A DNA stretch of 63,993 nt, filler included, from Octopus bimaculoides (GCF_001194135.2; 9 parts of 8 records of this genome joined end to end with filler, not necessarily neighbours in it); one strand, 5' to 3'; shown: positions 40,745 to 54,202, counted from the whole stretch's first letter. Program-made: numbers and translations. The notes: a model not told the origin generated them from the letters alone.

Positions 40745-41110
40745 ATCTATATATATCATCATCATCATCATTTAACATTTGTTGTCCATGCTGCCATTGG
40801 TTGGATAGTTTGACTGGGACTGGTAAGCTGGAAGGCTGCACCAGACTCCTGTGTGATTTGGCATGGTTTTCTACAGCAGGATACCCTTCCTAACATCAAC
40901 CGCTCTGAGAGTGTAATGCTATTTGCATGACACCAGTATCTGGTACGACTGCGATTTTGCTTGGTTTGATGGGTCTTCTTCTCAAACATGACGTAATGCC
41001 AAAGGTCTCAATCATTGCCTCTGTGAGGGTCAACACTTGAAAGAAACTCGGCCACTTTGCCTTTGAGGCCCAGTGCTCAAAAGGAACTCGGCCACTTTGC
41101 CTCCAAGTAG
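40745..41110 (-). mobile_element. RTE LINE 3' end (family D) with (GAT)n tail
   Basis: Frameshifted LQVLTLTEAM...DLWHYVMFEKKTHQTK C-terminus; 3'UTR containing GGATACCCTTCCTAA and a CATCATCAT tail. Related pieces at 33510, 48520, 60118 and 60470. Confidence 0.7.
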
Positions 41111-42002
41111 TTGAAAATGTACTGGGGTTCTTTAGATTTTTCATTAAAAAATTTTTAAAGACAACCATTTTCACACATTTTTCTGATTTTCAAAAGTTGA
41201 GGTAGAAAGACATGGAGCTAAGCATAGAAAATTGCAGAAATGTGTGAAACTAGTCAAGTCTTTAAAAATTAAGAAACGAAAAATACAGACGAAGCCCAAT
41301 GAATTTCTAGCTTGTTCTTTCTACATTTCTATTTGTGTGGAATAAAATAACCTTGTTTTCTATATATATATATTTCGTTCAAAATGAAGACAAACACCAT
41401 TTCTCCATGAGATTACCTGGAAAAAAATTGTTAAGATAATAAGATATTTTTCTTAGCATGAAACCAATGGTAACCTTAATACACAAATAAAGAAATTTTA
41501 TCCACCAATGTAGTGTTGAGCACTCATTCTCATTGTTCAACATTTATATATATATGTTCTTAACTATCCAACAAATATGAGAACAAAATGTTTTTAATTC
41601 CTAATTATTCCTTATTCCCTTATTTTTGACTTTCAATTCTTAATATTTGATAAGATGGACATACACATTGAAACCAGTAATATTTTATAAAAGTCACTCC
41701 ACATAACGAAATTAAAACAAATATAAAGCAATCTTTAAACATACTTTTGTGCTGTTTCCACCTTTATTTTTTTAACTATTTTATTTTTTAACCATATCTT
41801 TTAGCTATATACATATGTATATATACGCTGAAGAGATCATACTAATAATGCATAAATCACTGCACATAAATATGCAACAAGATGCAATTAGTATGATCAA
41901 AAATGTGTTGGACAATTATGAATAAGCTAACTGGAAATAAACATAAAATTTGAATGTTCAAATTCTTCACTTTCCTTATTATCAATATATATATATCAAT
42001 AT

Positions 42003-42039
<37 letters not shown>

Positions 42040-42556
42040 AATGTAGGTCTCTGCAAACCATCCAGTCACATGCAGGCATGGTTGAATGGTTAAGAATATT
42101 GTTTTGCAAATTAATGGTTCTGAGTTCAGTCTCACTGTGTGCCACCTTCAGCAAATTACTTCCACAATACACCTGTGTTAGTCAATTCCTGGTGAGTAAA
42201 TATGGTCAATGAAAGCTTCACATACTGTGCAAATGCCTGTGTGTGTTCACATGTGTGTTTGCGTTTGTGTTTCTTACTCACATCTTGACAACTAGTGTTG
42301 GTTTGTTTCCATCCCCATAATTTAACAGTTTAGCAAAAATAAATTCATATCAAGATTAGTTTGATTGCCTAAACACTTTAAGGTTGTGCCCCAGCATGGC
42401 CATAGTCACCTGATTGAAGCTAGTAAAAGAATACAGAATGAAAAATATATATTGTAAAATACTGTACAAGAAGGAAAGGAAGAAAGAAAGAAAAAAGGAA
42501 TGAATGATAGATAGATAGATAGATTGACAGGGACAAATATGTAGACAGATGGATAT

Positions 42557-42609
<53 letters not shown>

Positions 42610-42807
42610 AATAGACAGGCATAGATGGATTGAATGATTGATTGATGGCTAAATAGATAGAGATAGATAAATGGATTGATAGACAAATGAGACAGATGGT
42701 TAAAGATTGATATGTGGATCAAGAGATGAGGTTTACAGGTACACAAAGCTTAAGATAAAACAAGAAGCTATACAATTATATAACAGAAAAATATGTACAT
42801 GTGAGTA

Positions 42808-42840
<33 letters not shown>

Positions 42841-43296
42841 NNNNNNNNNNNNNNNNNNNNNNNNNNNNNNNNNNNNNNNNNNNNNNNNNNNNNNNNNNNN
42901 NNNNNNNNNNNNNNNNNNNNNNNNNNNNNNNNNNNNNNNNNNNNNNNNNNNNNNNNNNNNNNNNNNNNNNNNNNNNNNNNNNNNNNNNNNNNNNNNNNNN
43001 NNNNNNNNNNNNNNNNNNNNNNNNNNNNNNNNNNNNNNNNNNNNNNNNNNNNNNNNNNNNNNNNNNNNNNNNNNNNNNNNNNNNNNNNNNNNNNNNNNNN
43101 NNNNNNNNNNNNNNNNNNNNNNNNNNNNNNNNNNNNNNNNNNNNNNNNNNNNNNNNNNNNNNNNNNNNNNNNNNNNNNNNNNNNNNNNNNNNNNNNNNNN
43201 NNNNNNNNNNNNNNNNNNNNNNNNNNNNNNNNNNNNNNNNNNNNNNNNNNNNNNNNNNNNNNNNNNNNNNNNNNNNNNNNNNNNNNNNNNNNNNNN

Positions 43297-43334
<38 letters not shown>

Positions 43335-44242
43335 TATTCAAATGATAATAATGATAATAATAATAATAATTATACTTTCTTTATTTACCACCAAGGGTTT
43401 ACAAAAATAATAACAATGATAATAATAATGATAATAATAATGATAATAACAATAATAATGATAATGATAAAAAAAAATAAGAATAATGATAATAATAATA
43501 ATAATTCGATGTCTGCCTGGTAAGTAATGGTGGCTAAATTTTTTTCCCTCCAGTTCTTCATAATGCACAGCTTAGTTATTGTCATCTAAAACTAATCCTA
43601 TGAAGAGATTTAAAGTCTTGGCATCACCGACCAGCCGACCGAATAAATGGGTCTTTTGGTTCCGCAGTTAAACTTACTTAATTTAACAATAAGACTTTAA
43701 GTCCATCTAACTGGCTCCGTATTTATTTTATGGCTTCATTGATTACATTTTCTCCAAGACTTTCTTCATGGTAATCTTTACCATTTACTCAGCGATCAAC
43801 CGTGTGTATTAGTTTGTTTATATTGGTTTGTTTGTGTGTGTATATGTGGTTATATGTGTATGTGGTTTTTGGAAAAGAATTAGTTTCCACACATATGTAT
43901 AAATGTGTGTGTGTGTGTGCGTGTGTGTATGTGTGTGTGTGTGGCATAGTGTTCTTTGGTGTGTAAACATATGTGTATGTGTACATATACAGTTCTGTAT
44001 AGCAATGCTTATGTATGTATGTGCGTGTGTGATTGTATTTGATGTACATGTGTATGTGTGTGTATAATTCATATTTATAAATGTAATTGTGAAGTTTGTG
44101 TGCGTGTGTGTGTATGTGTGTATATATATATATATATTTGATAAATATAGGTTGGGTAATACAAAAAGGAAAATAAAAATGATAACAATATATAAGTATG
44201 TATGTATGCATGTATATATGTATGTACGTATCTATGTATCCC

Positions 44243-44275
<33 letters not shown>

Positions 44276-44513
44276 ATGTATATATATATATATATATACA
44301 TACATATATACACACATACGTACATACATATATATATATGTATAAGTATGCATGCATTCTTGAATATCAATGTGTGACTGATTTTGTGTGCCTATATACT
44401 CACAGTATAGCTTAAAACATAGATACATGCAAATATTCATATACACACACTTACATCTGTACATTATTCTTGTTGATATCTCTCACTAAAGTTAAATGTA
44501 TTTAAGTATCCAC

Positions 44514-44572
<59 letters not shown>

Positions 44573-44821
44573 GTCAATCTATCTATTTATCTAACTATAC
44601 ATACACACACATTATATGTCTACATACATACATATGCAAAGAGCAAGGAAGTCAGAGGGAGAGAATAAGAATGATAGCTATTTTTTGCATATTAAGATAT
44701 TAAGAAATAATATATTTACATTTTGTGAAGCCATTATGCAATTGCTCAGAACAGAACTGCAGGACTTACAAAACTTATATGTATCCACCCATAAGAGAAA
44801 CTTACCTATGTGTGTGCATGA

Positions 44822-44865
<44 letters not shown>

Positions 44866-45104
44866 NNNNNNNNNNNNNNNNNNNNNNNNNNNNNNNNNNN
44901 NNNNNNNNNNNNNNNNNNNNNNNNNNNNNNNNNNNNNNNNNNNNNNNNNNNNNNNNNNNNNNNNNNNNNNNNNNNNNNNNNNNNNNNNNNNNNNNNNNNN
45001 NNNNNNNNNNNNNNNNNNNNNNNNNNNNNNNNNNNNNNNNNNNNNNNNNNNNNNNNNNNNNNNNNNNNNNNNNNNNNNNNNNNNNNNNNNNNNNNNNNNN
45101 NTGA

Positions 45105-45141
<37 letters not shown>

Positions 45142-45162
45142 TATATAGATTGGTATACATAC

Positions 45163-45204
<42 letters not shown>

Positions 45205-46027
45205 TACATATATGTACACACAGGTAAATAGTTTCTGTTCAACTTTTCAAAGAAAATACACGCACAGGTATAGCAATGACAACGGGCTTATAATATGTGT
45301 GTTTGTGTGCTTGTGTGTATTTCCTTGCATACACACATGCAGTTATATATGTATACAAGCATACATATACATGCAAGATCAATTCAGAGTCATACACTTG
45401 TGCATACATGTCTGTTTCAACTAGCTGGGACGGACACACACACTAATATGTGGACATATACATATATATATATATATACATAAGCACACACACACATACA
45501 AACGTATACATATACATACAAGAAAAACTACACAAACACACACACACACATATACATACAGGAACCAATAAACATATATATAAATGCAAACACTTAGACA
45601 CCCACACATAGATGCACCTTCTCCCGCCCCTCGACAAACATCCACACACTTACACATCGGTACCTCTTGCCTACCATATAAACAATACAAAATCTTTTCA
45701 AGTAGAAATCCAACAGCACAGATAATATACTAGCATGTATTAGTAAGGTGGGTGGAGTTACATGGAATGTCTAAGAGAACGTTGGAGTGGGAGTAGATTG
45801 AGAAAGAAAGTGAGATATATCTTTTATGCTCATGTTTCAGTCATTTGACTGTGGCCATGCTGGGGCACTGCTCTGAAGAACTTTTACTTATTGAATGAAT
45901 CAACCTCAACACTATTATTTTTCCTTTTTCTTTAAGCCTGGTATTTATTATATCAGTCTTTTTGATGAACTGCTAAGTTACAAGGATGTAGACACGGGAA
46001 CAGCAGTTGTCAAGTGGTGTTGGGGAA

Positions 46028-46065
<38 letters not shown>

Positions 46066-47389
46066 TGTACATGGTAGGCTTCTTTTCAATTTCTGTCTAC
46101 CAGATCCACTCACAAGGCTTTGGTTGGAATGATGCTATAGTAGAAGACACTTGCCCATGGTGCCACACAGTGGAACTGAACCTGGAACTATGTAGTTAGT
46201 AAGCAAGCTTCTTTATTTCATAATATTTGCCATTAAGGCATTACAAAGATTAGCAGAAGCTAGGGCTGGACAAAAACATTAATGACAAAATGAGAAATGG
46301 TAAAATGAGTAAGCAAGCTTCTTACAACACAGCTAAGCCTGCACCTTTATATATATATATATATATNNNNNNNNNNNNNNNNNNNNNNNNNNNNNNNNNN
46401 NNNNNNNNNNTTAATTAATTAANNNNNNNNNNNNNNNNNNNNNNNNNNNNNNNNNNNNNNNNNNNNTGTTTGTGTGTCTGTGTTTGTCCTCCCAACGTCA
46501 CTTGACAACCGATGCTGGTGTGTTTAGGTCCCTGGTAACTTAGTGGTTTCTGCAAAAGAGACCGATAGAATTAGTACCAGGCTTCTAAAGAAAAAGTCCT
46601 GGGGTTGATTTGCTCGACTAAAAGGCGGTGCTCCAGCATGGACGGAGTCAAATGACTGAAACAAGTAAAAGAGTAAAAGAGAGTAAATATCTTTCTGTGG
46701 TGAATGTCGGGTGTAAGCTAGCACTGCTACTCATCTTTTTTTCCCTCAAACAAAACTCCATCTGATTCCTATTAAAGATTACGATTTTTGCTAAAAGAAA
46801 CAAAAAAAGAAAGAAACAAAAAAACACGTTTTCAAAATTTTAATTTCTTCACTCCCCACCCCAACTTTTTTTACTTTTCACTTTCTTCCAAAATTTTTTT
46901 TTTTTTTTAAATCCATGCGAGAAAATACGAAAATGAATCGGGAAAAAAATATTTTTACATATTAGATTTTTTTACAAAGGTTCCTGTGTTNNNNNNNNNN
47001 NNNNNNNNNNNNNNNNNNNNNNNNNNNNNNNNNNNNNNNNNNNNNNNNNNNNNNNNNNNNNNNNNNNNNNNNNNNNNNNNNNNNNNNNNNNNNNNNNNNN
47101 NNNNNNNNNNNNNNNNNNNNNNNNNNNNNNNNNNNNNNNNNNNNNNNNNNNNNNNNNNNNNNNNNNNNNNNNNNNNNNNNNNNNNNNNNNNNNNNNNNNN
47201 NNNNNNNNNNNNNNNNNNNNNNNNNNNNNNNNNNNNNNNNNNNNNNNNNNNNNNNNNNNNNNNNNNNNNNNNNNNNNNNNNNNNNNNNNNNNNNNNNNNN
47301 NNNNNNNNNNNNNNNNNNNNNNNNNNNNNNNNNNNNNNNNNNNNNNNNNNNNNNNNNNNNNNNNNNNAGATATGCCATAATATATATCT

Positions 47390-47820
47390 GGAAGATCCTC
47401 GAAGGAATTGTCCCAAACTTTGGCATCGAAAGTTACACAAATAAAAGAACTGGACGCCATTGCATAGTGCCAAGGACTCCAAATTTGCCATCAAGATGTA
47501 GCACAAGATACTGCAATAGCCTGGGCTTCAAAGGTCCACAGCTCTTCAATATCCTCCCGAAGGACCTGAGAGACCTGCATGTGGTGGATGTAGGTGTCTT
47601 CAAAATAAAGCTGGACCTCTTCCTGTCAGGTGTCCCAGATGAACCAACTTCATGGCAGGAGGTGCAGATGAGAGCAGCTGCATCAAACTCTCTCATGCAC
47701 CAAATGTCAATTCCCGAAGTAAAATTTGTGTAGTAAAATTGTGTAGCAACACCAAATGGCGGTGCCCCAGCATGGCCGCAGCTCATGAGCTGAAACTAGA
47801 TAAAATGATAAAATGAAAAT
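47390..47820 (+). mobile_element. CR1/Jockey-group LINE 3' end (ORF2 C-terminus, 3'UTR, tandem tail)
   Basis: Open frame YAIIYIWKILEGIVPNFG...FKGPQLFNILPKDLR...FKIKLDLFLSGVPDEP... to TAG 47731-47733; 3'UTR hairpin CAGCTCATGAGCTG; tail (GATAAAAT)n. Confidence 0.85.
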
Positions 47821-48371
47821 GATAATGATTTTAACCACCACCCCTGTTTTCCGTATTGAATATGTTTGTTTACGCATGAATAGATTTCTCACGAAAAAGC
47901 AGGTGAAAAAATATCTCCAGAAAACTTGATGTGCTAGAAATAACAGCTAAATATCTGGAAAATAATTTTCCCTTGGCTAAACGACACATTTTTTTTCTAA
48001 ACCGCAATCCTATGACCGTGAGTCTGCTGCCCTAACCACTGGGCCATTGCGCCTCCACTCTTAAATTTAGGTAACAACTAAATGTGTAATATTGGTTCAA
48101 ACTTTGACATAAGACCAGCAAGTTTGAGGGGTGGAGGATAAGTCGATTACATTGTCCCTCCAGTGCTCAACTGGTATTTATTTTATCGACCCTGAAAGGA
48201 TGAAAAGCAAAATCGACCTCAGCGGAATTTGAGCTAAAAGCATATTGACCGTCAAAATGCAGCTAAGAGCTTTATGAAGCTTGCTAACGATTTCCTGTAA
48301 GTAAATATTAAAAGTTTCTTATATTAGTCATGTTCTGGCAGTTAACTTTCGATTTCTAAAATACTTTTCAG

Positions 48372-48420
48372 ATCATGGACGTTCTAAAGTTGTTCTCCTG
48401 TTTGTTTGCGCTGTGTTTTT
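48372..48420 (+). CDS. Candidate host-gene exon B encoding signal-peptide core (I)MDVLKLFSCLFALCF, phase-1 donor
   Basis: Acceptor ATACTTTTCAG|; ATG at 48375; 15 mostly hydrophobic codons plus 1 nt; perfect donor |GTAAGT at 48421; non-repetitive sequence. Confidence 0.6.
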
Positions 48421-48845
48421 GTAAGTTTTCTTCCTTTTTTGCCTTATTTTTGTTTTTTTAAATTCTTTTTTTTGCTAACATTAATTATTTTCCTAAAAAT
48501 AATTGTTTCAAGTATTCATCATCATCATCATCATCGTCGTTTAATGTCCGCTTTCCATGCTAGCNNNNNNNNNNNNNNNNNNNNNNNNNNNNNNNNNNNN
48601 NNNNNNNNTTAATTAATTAANNNNNNNNNNNNNNNNNNNNNNNNNNNNNNNNNNNNNNNNNNNNATATACATATATATATATATATATATACATATATAC
48701 ACATATACATCATCTTAATTTCTACACTCACATACACAGTAGCACACACTACCAACGCACGCATTCTCAAAACACACATACAAAAAGCATGCAGAACACA
48801 CAAGTATTGTTCTCATGCAGTCATATACGCATTTACACTTCTGTA

Positions 48846-49675
48846 TTTATGCTAAGTTTGTGGTTTACCGGTTAGGGTTCACGATGGTAAAGCCGTGAGT
48901 TCGATTCCCGGCGTTGCGTTGTCCCATTCAGCAAGACACTTTTTTTGTTTTTTGCACGTTACTCCAGTCCACTCAGCTGGCCAAAATAAGCTGTACCTGT
49001 AATTCAAAGGACCAGACTTGTCACATTTTGTGCCTTACTGAATCTCCATGAGAACTACGTAAAGGGAGTGCGTGTCTGTGGAGTGCTCAGCCACTTGTGC
49101 GTTAATTTCACGAGCAGGCTGTTCCGTTGAACGAATCACCTGAAACATTTGTCGACGTTAAAGACGGAATGCCTATTAGTTAGATAGCTAGTTAGAAAAA
49201 ACACACACATACACACATGCATATTATTCACACACACAAACACGCTTAAAAATCGTTTACTATCATAAGCACTAAGGTCACAACTATCCATATACACACA
49301 TATCCACACTGTGTAGGCACAATGACTCAGTGGTTAAAGCAGCGGACTCGCGGTCGTAGGATCGCGGTTTCGATTCCCAGACCAGGCGTTTTGAGTGTTT
49401 ATTGAGCGAAAACATTTAAAGCCCCGCGAAGCTCCGGCCGGGGGGGGGGTTAGTGGCGAACCCTGCTGTATTCTTTCACCACAACTTTCTATGACTCTTT
49501 CTTCCTGTTTCTGTTGTACCTGTATTTCAAAGGGCCAGCCTTGTCATACTCTGTGTCACGCTGAATCTTCCCGAAAACTACGTTAAGGGTTCACTAGTCT
49601 GTGAATTTCACGAGCAGGCTGTTCCGTTGATCGGATCAACTGGAACCCTCGTCGTCGTATCCGACGGAGTGCCGT
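48846..49675 (+). mobile_element. Two SINE family C copies (second has an alternative tRNA-like head)
   Basis: Both share GTACCTGTA.TTCAAAGG.CCAG.CTTGTCA...AATTTCACGAGCAGGCTGTTCCGTTGA; the 49315 copy starts GGCACAATGACTCAGTGGTTAAAGCAGCGGACTCGCGGTCG. Confidence 0.8.
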
Positions 49676-50169
49676 AGTAATATACACACTGCACATGTAC
49701 AGGAACGAACTCGCACACGTGCTTTATCTGGAATAAACATTATTATATTCATACACGCTAGCACAACGTAAACATACAGAAAACTAACCACATGAATTTT
49801 TCCCCATTCCCCCAAAAGAAAATTACCCCCTCCCCATGGGACAATTCGTGACGATGACAACAACTCCTTAGGACAATTAAACCTTTTGGTTAATTACCCC
49901 CTCTCCAAAATAACAAGTCTTAAATCATCATCTGTCGTCCTCAGAGGTAATTGTTCTTATGGGGTCTGAACCCAGAACAACTCGGTTGGAAAGCAAGTTT
50001 CTTACCACACAGCCACCTTCATGCCTAACCGGTAAATTTTAACGAAACAAAATGGAAGAAATACGCCACTAAACGCAGACAAAGAGAAGTGGACGCACCA
50101 CCGTCAAAAACAAAAAGAACAGTCGGAGACTACTTAACACGCACAAACATTTTATAAGGGCGCAGACGT

Positions 50170-50208
<39 letters not shown>

Positions 50209-50224
50209 TAGATAGCTGGATAGG

Positions 50225-50276
<52 letters not shown>

Positions 50277-50736
50277 NNNNNNNNNNNNNNNNNNNNNNNN
50301 NNNNNNNNNNNNNNNNNNNNTTAATTAATTAANNNNNNNNNNNNNNNNNNNNNNNNNNNNNNNNNNNNNNNNNNNNGAGGGGGACAGAGGGAGGGAGGGA
50401 GGGAGAAAGTGAAAGTACATTGGAAAGCCGAGCCAAATGAGGTCAGGTGACACATGGATTGGCAAAGAGCAGACAGCGTGTCTCGGTGCTAGACACTGTT
50501 CACATCCGCTCGCTCGTTCGTTCCCTCGTCTCTCCATACCATCCCACAAGGGACACATACAACTAAGTGATGGATGATGACTGCAGACTAGAAGCGTACA
50601 GCGAAGCAGTAGATGTATATAGCTATACCATATGGTGTGTTGAATAATCTATTTCAATTGGCAACATCCACAGACAACAATTGTTAATAACAGCGACGGC
50701 GACGATGATAACAGTAACAGCATCAACTGTAGCTGT

Positions 50737-50781
<45 letters not shown>

Positions 50782-50794
50782 ATGATGATGATGA

Positions 50795-50825
<31 letters not shown>

Positions 50826-50921
50826 GTGGTGGTGATGATGGTGATGGTGGTGGTGGTGGTGGTGGTGGTGGTGGTGATGATGATGATGATGATGATGGTG
50901 AGGAGGAAGAGGTTGATGGTA

Positions 50922-50963
<42 letters not shown>

Positions 50964-51030
50964 GCGTTGATGATGATGATGATGATGATGAAGATGAAGA
51001 TGATGATGCTGATGATGATGATGATGATGC

Positions 51031-51069
<39 letters not shown>

Positions 51070-51075
51070 CCCGAC
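50737..51075. repeat. (ATG/GTG)n trinucleotide array
   Basis: Direct reading; it generates the poly-M, poly-H and poly-S pseudo-ORFs. Confidence 0.95.
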
Positions 51076-51292
51076 GATGACGACAACGACGGAGGGTAAA
51101 CTAAGAGGAAGATGTGAAGATTGTGAAGAATATTTACTATGCTTACAACAAATGAATATATACATATATACACACACACATGTATATATGCATACATACA
51201 CACGCGTGTATATTCTTGTGTGTATGCTGATAAGAATATTCACTTTATTTGCAACTCAAGCATACATACATGCACACCCACAGACTTATATG

Positions 51293-51333
<41 letters not shown>

Positions 51334-51570
51334 GCACGCACGCACACACGCACACACACACACACACACATGCATATAGACATGGGCATAACCACATACA
51401 TATATAAAAAAAAAGCCGGCATTTCGTGAATTACTACGACGCGGCTTCCAGTTGATCCGATCAACGGAACAGCCTGCTCGTGAAATTGAAGTGCAGGCCG
51501 TTGAGCACTCAACAGGTACGCGTATACTGAATGCATTTCTAAGAGAGATTCAGCGTGACACAGAAATAAA

Positions 51571-52193
51571 GCAGTGAGCTGCCAGAAACGTTAGCACGCC
51601 GGGCGAAATGCTTAGCGGTATTTCGTCTGCCGTTACGTTCTGAGTTCAAATTCCGCCGAGGTCGACTTTGCCCTTCATCCTTTCGAGGTCGATAAATTAA
51701 GTACCAGGTACACACTGGGGTCGATGTAATCGCCTTAATCCCTTTGTCTGTCCCCACTATGTTTAGCCCCTTGTGGGCAATAACGAAATAGGTATTTCGT
51801 TTGCCGTTACGTTCTGAGTTCAAATTCCGCCGAGGTCGACTTTGCCCTTCATCCTTTCGAGGTCGATAAATTAAGTACCAGTTACACACTGGCGTCGATG
51901 TAATCGCCTTAATCCCTTTGTCTGTCCTTGTCTGTCCCCTCTATGTTTAGCCCCTTGTGGGCAATAAAGAAATAGGAATCTTTACCACGCCGGGCGAAAT
52001 GCTTAGCGGTATTTCGTCTGCCGTTACATTCTGAGTTCAAATTCCGCCGAGGTCGACTTTGCCTTTCATCTTTTCGGGGTCGATTAAATAAGTACCAGCT
52101 CAGTACCGGGGTCGATGTAATCGGCTTAATCCCTTTGTCTGTCCTTGTTTGTCCCCTCTATGTTTAGTCCCTTGTGGGCAATAAAGAAATGAG
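51571..52193 (+). mobile_element. SINE family A1 head-to-tail trimer
   Basis: Three successive units: 51571-51790, 51791-51975 (starting at GGTATTTCG) and 51976-52193. Confidence 0.9.
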
Positions 52194-52777
52194 AAATACA
52201 GGTTCTACTGATTTTTGTTAGCTGTGTGAACTGTAGAAACGTGAAATAAAGTGACTTGCTGAAGGCCACAATGCGAGCCCGGGTATCGAACTCATGACCT
52301 TACGATCGTGGGCCGAATACCGAAACCACTAAACCATGCGCCTTCATACATATATTCACACAGACAACACATTCATTCAGATATCTCAACAAGGAAAAGA
52401 GCGCGAAATGTGTTTCTGAGCTGTGAACGATTCTATATTTGAAGTTAATACAGTATTGTTTATATTGTTTATATTGTTTATATTGTTTATATTGTTCAGA
52501 ATGATCATAATTTGATTTCTTTTTTATTCTTTTATTTGTTTCAGTCATTATTTGGCTGCGGCCATGCTGGAGCACCGCCTTTAGTCCAGCGATTCCACCC
52601 CAGGACTTATTTTTTGGAAGCCTAGTACTTATTCTATCGGTCGCTCTTGCCGAACCGCTAAGTGACGGGTACATAAACACACCAGCATCGGTTGTCAAGC
52701 GATGTTGGAAGGGGGGATACAAACACAGATACAAACATATTCATACGTACATACATACACGCATACATACATACACA

Positions 52778-52821
<44 letters not shown>

Positions 52822-53331
52822 NNNNNNNNNNNNNNNNNNNNNNNNNNNNNNNNNNNNNNNNNNNNNNNNNNNNNNNNNNNNNNNNNNNNNNNNNNNNNNN
52901 NNNNNNNNNNNNNNNNNNNNNNNNNNNNNNNNNNNNNNNNNNNNNNNNNNNNNNNNNNNNNNNNNNNNNNNNNNNNNNNNNNNNNNNNNNNNNNNNNNNN
53001 NNNNNNNNNNNNNNNNNNNNNNNNNNNNNNNNNNNNNNNNNNNNNNNNNNNNNNNNNNNNNNNNNNNNNNNNNNNNNNNNNNNNNNNNNNNNNNNNNNNN
53101 NNNNNNNNNNNNNNNNNNNNNNNNNNNNNNNNNNNNNNNNNNNNNNNNNNNNNNNNNNNNNNNNNNNNNNNNNNNNNNNNNNNNNNNNNNNNNNNNNNNN
53201 NNNNNNNNNNNNNNNNNNNNNNNNNNNNNNNNNNNNNNNNNNNNNNNNNNNNNNNNNNNNNNNNNNNNNNNNNNNNNNNNNNNNNNNNNNNNNNNNNNNN
53301 NNNNNNNNNNNNNNNNNNNNNNNNNNNNNNN

Positions 53332-53606
53332 ATGAGTGGATTTGGTAAACGGAAACTGAAAGAAGCCTGTCGTATATATGTATATATATATGTGTTTGTG
53401 TGTCTGAGTTTGCCCCCCAACCATCGCTTGACAACCGATGCTAGTGTTTTTACGTCCCCGTAACTTAGCGGTTCGGCTAAAGAAACTGATAAAATAAGTA
53501 CTAGGCTTACAAAGAATAAGTCTTGGGGTTGATTTTCACGACTAAAGGCGGTGCTCCAGCATGGCCGCAGTCAAATGACTGAAACAAGTAAAAGAGTAAA
53601 AGAGTA
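53332..53606 (+). mobile_element. SINE family B, 5'-truncated by a gap
   Basis: Matches 10315-10598; hairpin CAGTCAAATGACTG at 53568-53581. Confidence 0.9.
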
Positions 53607-53607
53607 A

Positions 53608-54163
53608 TCGGTGTCCGATAGCCTGCAGGTCACCCCTGGGCAAGGTGTAGCATCTACTAGCCTCCCTGCTCAGGGTAACGGCGAAGACGTCGGCAGCATG
53701 GCGCTGGATGACCAACGAGGCGGAAGAGTCTCAGGTAGACCAACGGTTTGAAGACCACTGCAGCTATGCGGATGAGACATACCTGGACAACGATTGGTGC
53801 TCACTGGGTTAAGCGCTACTGCAAGGGGGAAGATAATGGCAACTCACCCCTTGCATCTGCTAACAAGAAAATGAATAACAACGGGAAGAAAAATGGAAAC
53901 GGGGTTTCGTTCGGTAGGGACTATCATTCGCTGCGGAAGATGCCCGATCGTTATCATACTACTTCAGCAACAACATAAGTTTCGACAGGGACATGGCGGA
54001 GACTGAGCTGGTGAGAAGGAGAGCGAGGGGAAGGCAGAGAAGGAAGATGTTCGACTGGATGACGAAGAGATTGAACGTGCAGAGCGAGAAAGACCTGGGT
54101 CATGTTGCGAGAAACAGAAATAAATGGAGGAACAAGCCATGATTCACCAAAGGCATGAATATG

Positions 54164-54200
<37 letters not shown>
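53608..54200 (+). mobile_element. Bipartite non-autonomous RTE derivative (5'UTR-like part joined to ORF C-terminus and (GA)n tail)
   Basis: GC-rich island. GGGGGAAGATAATGGCAACTCACCCC resembles the BovB/RTE 5' GAAGGCAATGGCAACCCAC motif. The 3' part encodes RRRARGRQRRKMFDWM...VARNRNKWR, an RTE C-terminal motif. Confidence 0.65.

Positions 54201-54202
<2 letters not shown>

Noticed and set aside
50474-50500. Hairpin with CGGTGC loop resembling an iron-responsive element
   Set aside because: The loop is 7 nt, is not CAGWGH, and lacks the bulged C.
50623-51243. Poly-His/Ser/Met ORFs
   Set aside because: These are translations of an (ATG/GTG)n microsatellite.
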